A stretch of DNA of 64,000 nucleotides from Macrostomum lignano (lineage: Eukaryota): NCBI GenBank assembly GCA_002269645.1, contig NIVC01002293.1, positions 1-64,000 on the forward strand, in the 5' to 3' direction. Both the position numbers and the translations under genes were made by a program. Numbering within the stretch: the stretch's first letter is position 1; the number at the start of each line of letters is the position of its first letter. Of this stretch, positions 24,101 to 34,079 are shown in pieces. The notes beneath the pieces are model-generated. The model had not been told where the DNA came from. It saw only the letters and a program-made list of their open reading frames with translations, and ran no database searches.

Positions 24101-27100
24101 TGGCTCAGCGACAGCGGGGACTGAGGCCCGGGTGGCCCCCGCTGTGCCAGGTGCCGGTCCACAGTGTCGCTGAGGGCTCTGATCGGGTCGAGGGGTTGCC
24201 GCAGTCTACTTGCAGATTTTCCAACAGCTCAAACTTGCAACAGTCAAATCATACTTCTCACAACGGCTTCTATTGCACCGATCTCAAATCTCTGACACCC
24301 AGCTCCCACCCCGATACACATCTACTCACTATCTCCAACACCCACCTCCCTCCCCGACACCCACCTCCCTCCCCGACACCCACCTCCCCCCCGAAACCCA
24401 CCTTCCTCCCCGACACCCACCTCCTCCCCGACACCCACCTCCCTCCCCGACACCCACCTCCCTCCCCGACACCCACCTCCCCCCCGAAACCCACCTTCCT
24501 CCCCGACACCCACCTCCTCCCCGACACCCACCTCCCTCCCCGACACCCACCTCCCTCCCCGACACCCACCTCCCTCCCCGACACCCACCTCCCTCCCCGA
24601 CACCCACCTCCCTCCCCGACAACCACCTCCCTTCCCGACACCCACCTCCCTTCCCGACACCCACCTCCCTCCCCGACACCCACCTCCCCCCCGAAACCCA
24701 CCTTCCTCCCCGACACCCACCTCCTCCCCGACACCCACCTCCCTCCCCGACACCCACCTCCCTCCCCGACACCCACCTCCCTCCCCGACACCCACCTCCC
24801 TCCCCGACACCCACCTCCCTCCCCGACACCCACCTCCCTCCCCGACACCCACCTCCCTCCCCGACAACCACCTCCCTTCCCGACACCCACCTCCCTTCCC
24901 GACACCCACCTCCCTTCCCGACACCCACCTACCTTCCCGACACTCACCTCCCTCCCCGACACCCACCTCCCTCCCCGACACCCACCTCCCTCCCCGACAC
25001 CCACCTCCCTCCCCGACACCCACCTCCCTCCCCGACACTCGCCTCCCTCCCCGACACCCACCTCCCTCCCCGACACCCACCTCCCTCCCCGACACCCACC
25101 TCCCTCCCCGACAACCACCTCCCTTCCCGACACCCACCTCCCTTCCGACACCCACCTCCCTTCCCGACACTCACCTCCCTCCCCGACACCCACCTCCCTC
25201 CCCGACACCCACCTCCCTCCCCGACACCCACCTCCCTCCCCGACACCCCCTACCACAGCCAGCAGCAAAGCAGCACGCATTACCCGTCAGTGATGGGCGC
25301 CTGTCGCCTGATTCCGCCACTGGGCGTTGCAGCCCGCGATCGGGACTGCTGCTGCGGCCTCCTCGACTCCTGCTGCAGCTGTTGCTGCTGCTGCTGCTCT
25401 CGCTCCTGTTCTTGCTGTTGTTGCTGTTTCTGCTGTTTCTGCTGCTGCTGCAGCGCGGTGACGTCCTCTCGAAGCCGCTGGACTTGTCTGTCGTACCCTT
25501 CAAGCTGGCGGACCCGCGCTCTCAGCCGGTCGTTTTCGGCCTCTGAATTAGTGAGCCTGTGGTGGTGTGCAAAGCAGATTTTGCAGTCATCAAGCTCCGG
25601 CATTGAGATGCAGCTCATAACTTTCAATTTGTAGAAAATTTATTAATTAGTGACCCGATTTTGCCTCAAATCGCAGTTCAGTGGCGATAATCGGTGGCAA
25701 ATTGCGAGTATATTACTCATCTGTGTCTACTGTTCTTTTGAATTGCTTTCTTTTTGTATTCTCAAATCCAAGACTGAGGAATCATCAGCTGATGGATGAG
25801 GTGCTGCTTGACTGTTTAGCAAGGATGAAATGCATTTTAGATAAATGTGTCACCTGCTAGACAGGAGTGTCAGCTGTTAGACAGGAGTGTCAGCTGTTAG
25901 ACAGGAGTGTCAGCTGTTAGACAGGAGTGTCAGCTGTTAGACAGGAGTGTCACCTGCTAGACAGGAGTGTCAGCTGTTAGACAGGAGTGTCAGCTGTTAG
26001 ACAGGAGTGTCAGCTGTTAGACAGGAGTGTCACCTGCTAGACAGGGGTGTCAGCTGTTAGACAGGGGTGTCAGCTGTTAGACAGGAGTGTCAGCTGTTAG
26101 AAAGGAGTGTCAGTTGTTAGACAGGAGTGTCAGCTGTTAGACAGGAGTGTCAGCTGTTAGACAGGAGTGTCAGATGTTAGACAGGAGTGTCAGATGTTAG
26201 ACAGGAGTGTCAGCTGTTAGACAGGAGTGTCAGCTGTCAGACAGGAGTGTCAGCTGTTAGACAGGAGTGTCACCTGCTAGACAGAAGTGTCAGCTGTTAG
26301 ACAGGAGTGTCAGCTGCTAGACAGGAGTGTCAGCTGTTAGACAGGAGTGTCAGCTGTTAGACAGAAGTGTCAGCTGTTAGACAGGAGTGTCAGTTGTTAG
26401 ACAGGAGTGTCAGCTGCTAGACAGGGTGTCACCTGTTGGTGCTAAAGCCTTTGTAATAAATTTGACTCACTGCGCTCGAATTCCGTCGTTGGCTCGCCGC
26501 ATCAGGCGCAGGTCATGCTCGAGTTCGTCCAACTCAGCGCCGGCAATTTTGACTTCGTCGACGTCGACGAATCGTCTACCTGGAGCACCACAGGCAGGCT
26601 GTTGATGTGAACGAGCAGCTCCAGCGTTGGCGATAACGCTTAGCGCTGCGTCAGCGCTCAGGCAGCCGGCGGGGACGTCATCGTCCTCATCGTCGGCTTG
26701 ATCGGCGGCGGCGGATTCGAAAAAGTCCGGGCCGAGCAGCGGCTGCAGTCGAGCTCGAATAGTGGCTGGATGCGCACCGAGTAGGTCACCTGAAGTCGCG
26801 TACGGTTTTGAAACACTCAGCTTTATTGAAAAGAAGTTAATTGTACCTCATTTGAAGCAATTCCATACAAAGGTAGCATATAATTACCTTCAGCTGCGCA
26901 AAGGCTGAGCAATTTAAACAGCTGGCTCTGCACTCGCGCATTCAGTTCAATTAGTTCGCACGCATTCGCCAAATTTTCGTCGTCGGAATTGTGCTGCAAA
27001 TAAATTATGGCATGAAAAGTTTTGCTTAAGTGTTCTAGTGCTTAAACTAGGTGTAGGGACGTACGTGTAGGGTCTATCTACGTGTAGGGTCTACACGGCA

Positions 27101-27425
27101 ATGCATTCACTGCGATGAATAGTGCAATGTGCATGAACGGTAAAAACTTTTACCAGCGATAAAATGAATAGAAGTATTTTCGTTAACCAGAGATTTATGG
27201 CTTTTGATTATGTTATTATTGCCATGCAATATATATTTCGTTTTCCAAATTTATTTCAGAGCTGCGACTATACACTCTTATCTAAGGGGTTATTGTGTTG
27301 ATATGAGTGTCGGTATCTGCAGGCTATAGTTTGCGTACCTTATATGTTTGATTCCATCTGTCCAGTCGTTCCTGCAGCAATGAAAAAGACCTAATTGTGA
27401 CAAGCTTTCTAAGGCAATCAGCCAT
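18130..27425 (-). CDS. SPATA18: Mitochondria-eating protein (Mieap/SPATA18), 10 exons, 565 aa
   Basis: Exons 27425-27339, 26993-26888, 26789-26471, 25556-25284, 24205-23956, 23878-23720, 23639-23464, 23223-23103, 19543-19498, 18290-18130 (1698 nt, all GT-AG, phases consistent). N-terminus MADCLRKLVTIRSFSLLQERLDRWNQTYKHNSDDENLANACELIELNARVQSQLFKLLSLCAAEG and C-terminus CCRIAWEM...HIWPALM...KGEACT match Mieap. The last two exons are less certain. Confidence 0.9.
18345..18646 (-). mobile_element. Full-length tRNA-derived CORE-like SINE (in Mieap intron 9)
   Basis: Minus strand: A-box TAGCCTAGTGG, B-box GGTTCGATTC, CORE-like block, unique 3' body, (TTA)n tail. Confidence 0.9.
19040..19408. repeat. 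21-bp minisatellite (AAAATGAGTGCCTGCGGCGCT)n
   Basis: About 17 units in Mieap intron 9. Confidence 0.95.
19785..20712. repeat. 22-23-bp minisatellite (CCCTCCATCAGTGTGTTACCGCC)n with a variant second half
   Basis: Tandem units in Mieap intron 8. Confidence 0.95.
21004..21303 (-). mobile_element. Full-length tRNA-derived CORE-like SINE (in Mieap intron 8)
   Basis: Closely similar to 18345-18646; A/B boxes and CORE-like block present. Confidence 0.9.
21960..22790. repeat. 126-bp tandem repeat, about 6.5 copies
   Basis: TAGTCTTATC recurs at 22201 and 22327 (period 126); the 42-aa periodic ORFs agree. Confidence 0.95.
23224..23450. repeat. ~31-bp degenerate minisatellite forming most of Mieap intron 7
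   Basis: Sense unit CCCCATCCTCCACCCCAACAGGTATCACGCA; the last unit supplies the real acceptor. Confidence 0.85.
24340..25245. repeat. 19-bp C/G-skewed minisatellite (GACACCCACCTCCCTCCCC)n
   Basis: Fills Mieap intron 4. Confidence 0.95.
25848..26432. repeat. 20-bp minisatellite (GTCAGCTGTTAGACAGGAGT)n
   Basis: Fills Mieap intron 3; same family as 48007-48320. Confidence 0.97.
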
Positions 27426-27787
27426 TTTGCTTTAAAAACGTTTAAGGTGATAATGTGGTATGTGGCAAAATTAAAAATGAATAGTGACCCTACTACGCGA
27501 ATGACAGCAAAAATAGGAACCTTCGTTGTAAGTTGAAAAATGTCGATTAAAACATAGATGCGTAGAATAACAAATCAGAAAATGTTTCGTGATAGAAGTG
27601 AAAAATTTCGAACAATTATTATTAAAAATATTATAGAACTTATTTTCACAACATTTAAATTAAAAAATGGACAAACACTTAGCATCTTTACGACATGTAC
27701 TAGCTTGTAAGCAAGTAATCACTGGCATATTCAGCCGTCGGAGATAATGGATAGAATAATTAGAATGGTCTACGTAAGCGAATGGCA

Positions 27788-30462
27788 CTGGGTTTTTTTT
27801 TTCGCCAGAGATAAGGTGCGAAATCGCACCTTGTGCCAAATTTCAAGGTGCGATTTTAAGGATCAGAGTGCAATTTCTCTTGAGTCTTGTTTAGAATGTG
27901 AGGGTTTCACGAGAGATATTCAGACAGACATTCGAAACGATCGTCTGTAACTTTAAACAAAATTGACCCGCTTCAACCATCTTTTTGGCAAATACTTACG
28001 CAAGTGTTGGGCGTCAAAAAAGCTTTAATTTATTAACTGAAGTAAAAATCCTTCTGACATACATTGATTTAAAAATTGCTTAGCAACACTAGCTCTGATT
28101 AGAAATCGCTTTACTGTTGACTAAAATTGTTTTGATCGTAGCAGCCTAAAAGCAGATACTGGATTTAAAAATGCTTCGATTTACTCTATACGCATGTCTC
28201 AGCTTTAAAATGACACCTCAGGCGTCGCAAAAGACAGCTTTGATGCTGAGATATTCGACTCTAAACATGCATTGCTTTGCGCAATCTCACATTCAGAAAT
28301 TTCACTGATTTTTTGTCGATATTTGTGCAGCTGCCGTGTCCTTGTTTTTCATCAGAAACTTGTCAAATTCTAGTCATGTCCAGTTTAAACCTGGACTTCT
28401 CTTAAACTGTCTTAAGTATTCGATTTTTAATGATTCCTGCCTTTATATTGCATAGATTGTACCTGAGTCAGTGAGTCTGTGAGTGTACATTTGTACATTT
28501 GGCAACCAATCATGACTTTTTCACCGCTTTGCGGTTCAAATAAATATACGAGTGTACAAGAAACATGTTCCAACTGTTATTGAGAGAAATTGACGTCGCG
28601 TTTATTAACAGTCAGTGGCAATTAATATGAAGCAAATAGTTTATTGTTATGTTTTTACTTTTTTTGCGTGGCAATTCTGCTATCCAAATCGGAATGAGGT
28701 AAGCGGTGGGAATAAAATAAAAAGGAAGAATTTTTTCTACTGTTGTTGCAACCCAATAGCTATATGTACTTCAAACTTTTTAGATTGAACAGGCGATTTC
28801 TAATGTACTGCTAAGCTTTCCAATCCCTACGGACTACAGTAGCAGTTCTTAACTTTTTTTCTGTCTTGACTTCTAGACTCGGAATTCGGAACAACCTAAG
28901 GAGCCACATGAAAATATTTAATTGGATAAAGATATTTTCTAAAAACAGCTCAAGTCGTGACACATCTTCTTCTCACCTCAGTCCATCAACTGCTGCTCCT
29001 TCTGAGACCAAAGCGATCGTGAAAGTAAAACAGATCAGTTTAGATCCCATGGCCATGAATACAACCATTTCAATTGTGAACCTGCTTTGCTTACAAGTAC
29101 GAGCACTAGCCTTCCATTTGATGCCATTAGCTCACTTAACTCTGAAATAGTTCAAGGACGGTTCCAAATGTTGAGATCTGACGTAGAAGCAGTCCAATTT
29201 GTGGAAATTTATCAACTGGACTCCATGAATCACTCCAATGAAAGGCGGCGAATAGCTGTAGAATGCGTAAACAAGTTTAAGTGAGTCACAAAAACCCCAT
29301 TTACTGTAACTACATACACTTGTACATTAGCAAGGCTCCATGCGATGGTTAATAAATGGAGAAGTAGACAAGCATCTGAACAAATGTTGAATAAAAATCA
29401 GTGAAGTTTCCGAATGTGAGTTTGAGCAAAGCAATGTTTAGTGTCGAATATCTCAGCATCAAAGCTGTCTTTTGCAATGCCTGAGGTGTCATTTTAAAGC
29501 TGAGACATGCGTATAGAGTAAATCAAAGCATTTTTAAATCCAGTATCTGCTTTTAGGCTGCTACGATCAAAACAATTTTAGTCAACAGTAAAGCGATTTC
29601 TAATCAGAGCTAGTGTTGCTAAGCAATTTTTAAATCAATGTATGTCAGAAGGATTTTTACTTCAGTTAATAAATTAAAGCTTATTTGACGCCCAACACTT
29701 GCGTAAGTATTTGCCAAAAAGATGGTTGAAGCGGGTCAATTTTGTTTGAAGTTACAGACAATCATTTTGAATGTCTGTCTGAATGGGTCTCCCTAAAACA
29801 CGCCCCGCACCGCCCTGCAGCGCTACACATTAAAACAAATTGGACTATAACTAAAGACACTTCAAAATGCGTTTTCTGTTAAGCTTCAAGTTTTTATTAA
29901 ATTTAGTTTTTTTTACTTTGAAATATAAAATTCGGTGAACAAAAAGTGATATTAATAATAATATTAATAAAATAATAATATTATAATTTAATAATGAAAA
30001 CGAGAATATAAAAAATAATAATATTTAAAAAAATAAATAAAGATATTTATTCCATTACTATTTTAACTTTTCCTTGCAATCAAATACTGCATTGACAAAA
30101 AATGTTATAATGTGTAGCAGTTCGGGGCCCGGTGCGGGGCGTGTTTTAGGGAGCCTTTGTCTGAATATCTCTCGTGAAACCCTCACATTGCTCACATTTC
30201 AGACAACTGGGAATGTATATTTTAATATCTTACATAAGGCTATAGCTATAGGCTATATCGCCTATATGACTTAATAGGATTTAAAGAGTTATTTTGTTTT
30301 ATATTTTAAGGCAGTGCATAAAAAATAGCTTAAGCATGGTTAAGCCTTTAAAGAAAAATGGTTATAAGACCGCACCTAAACCGCACATACTTTTTTAATT
30401 TCAGGGTGCGATTTTAAAATTTAGGGTGCATACGCACACTCTGCGCACAAAAAAAAACCCTG
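27788..30462. mobile_element. Non-autonomous hAT-type DNA transposon with long internal inverted repeats
   Basis: 8-bp TSD GAATGGCA at 27780-27787 and 30463-30470; termini CTGGGTTTTTTT / AAAAAAACCCTG; ~27885-28330 is inverted-homologous to ~29390-30200. Confidence 0.85.
29785..30157. mobile_element. 373-bp MITE with 9-bp TSD (Mutator-like), nested in the hAT element
   Basis: TSD TGTCTGAAT at 29776-29784 and 30158-30166; ~50-bp TIRs (CTCCCTAAAACACGCCCCGCACCG...CTACACATT); AT-rich core. Confidence 0.85.
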
Positions 30463-31424
30463 GAATGGCATCGATAGTATTTTGAAGGATATGCATGAAT
30501 TTTTTTATTAGCCGTAAGTTTTTATAGTGGTTAGTCTAGTAGTAATAGACCTAAATGCTTATAATAGTCGACACGCCTAGGCCTTATAGTCTAAGCCTAG
30601 GGGGGCCTAGCCTAGCCCTAGGCCTATTATAGGCCTATACTCTATAAGCTGTAGATTGGCTTTGGTCTAACCTAGGGCTAGGCTAGGGCTTAGGTTGTTA
30701 TGTTTATCTTATATTCAGCTTATTCTTTTTTAAGTAGTAGAAAGCACAATTTTAATTTAACTAGGCCTAGTCATAACTATTTTAATTAGCCCATGTGCTG
30801 TGCTGTCTATAACTTATAAGCCTAAGTCTAGGCCCTATGTCTATCTTATATCTATGAGTAGGTGTAGGCATCATATGCAAAACTTAGCTGTCTGCTTTCA
30901 ATTCTGTTGTCTATGGCCAAGCTTGGCAATGGATCAAAATATACTATTGGAGGTTGGAGCTAGGTAAATAAATAAATAGGCCCTATTGTTTTTTTATAGG
31001 CCTATTTAGGCCTATATTATTGATTTATTAAATATAGAGTAGTTTTGCTAAATATATTAAAGTGAACCATCTAGTAGTATTTAGCATCTTTAGCTTTGAC
31101 ATCTCATTGATTCTCCCCTTAGTAGGGCCTATAACTAGTATAGGGCCTAAGCCTTGATATCTTAGCAATTCTCCCCAAAAGTCATAACATTATAGTAATT
31201 CCCTATAAACCAAATTGTTCTAGACTATTGACTGAGTTTATTGAATTGTAGATCTGACCTTAAACTTGTATTGCAGGTCCCTTCGCTAATTTATAATATC
31301 CCACCGACTTGTCACCAAGTTGTTGTAGGGTTGCTTCCTCTATCTCTCAGAATCCCACTAAATGCCACAAAATTGTCGTAGGCGTTCTCTCTATTTCTAC
31401 TGGATCCCACAGCCAATATCAAGT

Positions 31425-32242
31425 TATAGCAGGCCTTCTGGCTCTCTCTATTTAATTCTAAAGCTTAATCACTGAACTGTACTAAAACTGCTAAATTTGC
31501 TATTTCTAAGAATCCTATTTCTATACTTATATGTACTTTTATGTTATGGGCTATCGTCGCTACAAGTTACCCTTGGTAGCTTCAGTGCCCGAGCGGCAAG
31601 ACACTGCTGACTACTGCTAAATTCCTAAAATTATCCAGTTTAAACACGGCATTTACCACAGACTGAGGGGTTTCCGGCTTCCTTTATTACTGTCTCTCAC
31701 GACTTAGAACTGCATTACGCTAATCTGAGCAACCTGAAAATTCTCCCTTCCTGGGTAATCCAACCTTTCTATACTGGGTATTCCACCTTTTGTACTGGGT
31801 ATTCCACCCTCTTTGCACTGGGTATTCCACCCTCTTTACTAGGTATTCCACCCTCTTTAATCAGCAATCCCTGCTTATCACTGTACTGGCAAAACGCTTT
31901 CTGCTATCCAACATGGTAACTTAGTCTGCAATACTGCTTCAAAGGACTAATTCAGAAGAACCAAGAAATCTTAATTTCCTGTTAACTGATTAGGAACCCG
32001 AAAGGTTGAGGTTAAACATTCTATTGTGGCCTTATATTTATAGTGGTTACAGTCTCGTCTAATTGGCTCATGTAACATGCATTAAAACAACATCAAATTA
32101 AAACAAAATTATTTCACCTTACTAAAACAAAATTTCTACATTTAAACAAAATAATGCATTAAAACAAAAATATACGGTATTTGTTATTTGGCAGGAATTT
32201 AATTTCGCGAAAAATACTAATTAAAACATAGACCCTTCTACA
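31425..32242 (-). repeat. 3' LTR (818 bp)
   Basis: 22 substitutions versus 39114-39931 and no indels; internal TATA-like TATAAATA, AATAAA, and four ACTGGGTATTCCACC repeats. Confidence 0.97.
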
Positions 32243-32645
32243 ATTGGCTTCCCTGAATATTATTTAGCGAATTTTTAAGTGAACAAAATGATACACAAAA
32301 ATACATATTCATCAAAAACTGAGCAATGTGGTAATGGCATGAAATGATAAATGTAATTGCAAAAAATATACATATACATTCGAAAAGCACTAAATCATCA
32401 AACAACTGTTTACCAGAAATAAAAATTGTGCATGCAGAAGATAAGAAATTTATAAAAGCTACTTCACAAAGAATGAGTACAGAAATTTCATGCAAGGCAA
32501 AGAAAAAATAGCACAAAATAAGCAAATTCAAAATAGCGTTGGCATAGAATTCACGCAGAATAAGCAAGTTTAAAAGAGAAAAGGTATTGTCCTAGTAATA
32601 AAAGTAATTCAATTGCAAAAGTTAGTTCAAATAGTCAAGATGTAC

Positions 32646-33746
32646 TTAATTGCGTTCCAGTTCAAACTCCTTAGGCAGTTGGTCGTGGTACGGCCAGCCA
32701 AGCTGGTCCGCCATCCAGCGGATCTTGATTTGCAGCAATAGTCAATGAAATGTTTGCCCAGCTTGTGTCAGATTGTGCAGCGCGTATTGCACGGCTCGGC
32801 GCCATGCTGCGATTCTTGACTCTAGATCGAACTGCTGCGTCAGCAGGCGCAACACTGGTTTGGCCTGTGTGCACCGACATGGAGTTGGCCGATCGGTGCG
32901 TAGATACGCCATGCGCATCAAATGTCCCTTAAGCATTTTAATAAAGCATTTCAACTGATCATGTTGAGCTCTCGGGATTCGGTCGAGCACGGCTAGGAAG
33001 TCAGATCCTAGACTGAGGTCTGCGGCACTGGCTGAACCGCAAGCTGCCGCATCCTGTGACCGCTTCGGGATCGTGGTTGGCGCTGGCGCTGTCGTCAACC
33101 TTGGCGCAGGCTGCCCGCCAATCGCTGCTGCTGCTGCTGAGGCTGCTGCTGGCCCTTGACGGCTGGCTGTCGCCGATGCTGTTGCTGCCACCCGTCCTCG
33201 CCCGCCAGCTACTGTCGGTGGCTTTGGCTGAATCGGCCGGTACTGACTGGCGAGACATATAGCGCTCTTGGCGCCCTGTGGTTGCCGCTTCATAATGGCC
33301 GGAATGACAGGCACTGGCCTGTTAGCTTGGTCGCTTAACAGCCGCGCTCGGGCCTTTGGATCATGTGGAACTAATGACTGGTTCCCTAGAGCAGGCCGCT
33401 TTGCCGACTGCGCACCTTCTGCCTCAGTTGATGTCCTCTTAATGACTACCGACTTCAGCCGCTTGTTCGGACGGTCCTCTTCATCTTCTACCATCACGGC
33501 ACTGCTGTCGGACCTTACCGTCGCTGCTGCTGCCACCACGGTGTCATCTCCTGGCGACTTCATTGTTGCTGCCATCACAGCGTCGTCACCTGACGTCTTT
33601 GCCAGTCCCGCTGCCATCACGGCGTTGTCTCCTGATGACTTTGCACTCGCACTTCCTTCAATTTCCTCTACACTTCCTACCTCAATGTCAGCTAAAATTT
33701 TGTCTAAAATATCGTCTTCCGCCATTATGTCAATCGTATCTTCCAT
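32646..33746 (-). CDS. Accessory ORF3 of the Gypsy element (334 aa to an in-frame TGA; 366 aa if that TGA was CGA)
   Basis: MEDTIDIMAEDDILDKILADIE..., 13-aa repeats, RPNKRLK, Ala/Pro linker, helical C-terminus; TGA 32744-32742 is followed by 31 open codons to TAA 32648-32646. Confidence 0.7.
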
Positions 33747-33814
33747 TATGGAACTATTGCAATCCAACACAGTCAATCGATACCAAAACGGTTACTAGCT
33801 ATCAACACGACTAT

Positions 33815-33993
33815 AATTGACTTCCTCTCGCCTCTGGGTGTTTGTTTATATAGGCGTGGCACCCCACCCCAGGTGTTGTTTGTTTTAATTTGCCCATCAA
33901 TCCATTTAATCAAAAGCTGAATTTTCATTGGCTGACTGCCCTGATTTCCCAGTTGACCACTCCTGGCCTTCCCAATAGTTGGCTTCTAATTGG
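33815..33993 (-). promoter_or_regulatory. Internal Pol II-like promoter for ORF3 (two CCAAT boxes, TATATAAA, Inr-like TCAATT)
   Basis: CCAAT at 33993-33989 and 33931-33927, TATATAAA 33852-33845, TCAATT 33820-33815, ATG 33746. Confidence 0.55.
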
Positions 33994-34079
33994 CTGCTCT
34001 GATTTCCTTCCCTTACCCAATGAACTCCCACTTGTTTGCTTGCTCTGCGCCTTACCCTTGCTATCAATTCTTCCCTGAC

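Noticed and set aside
28866-29370. Transposase ORF inside the hAT element
   Set aside because: Only short ORFs with no recognisable DDE or dimerisation motif.
32742-33776. env gene for the Gypsy element
   Set aside because: No signal peptide, furin site or transmembrane helix.
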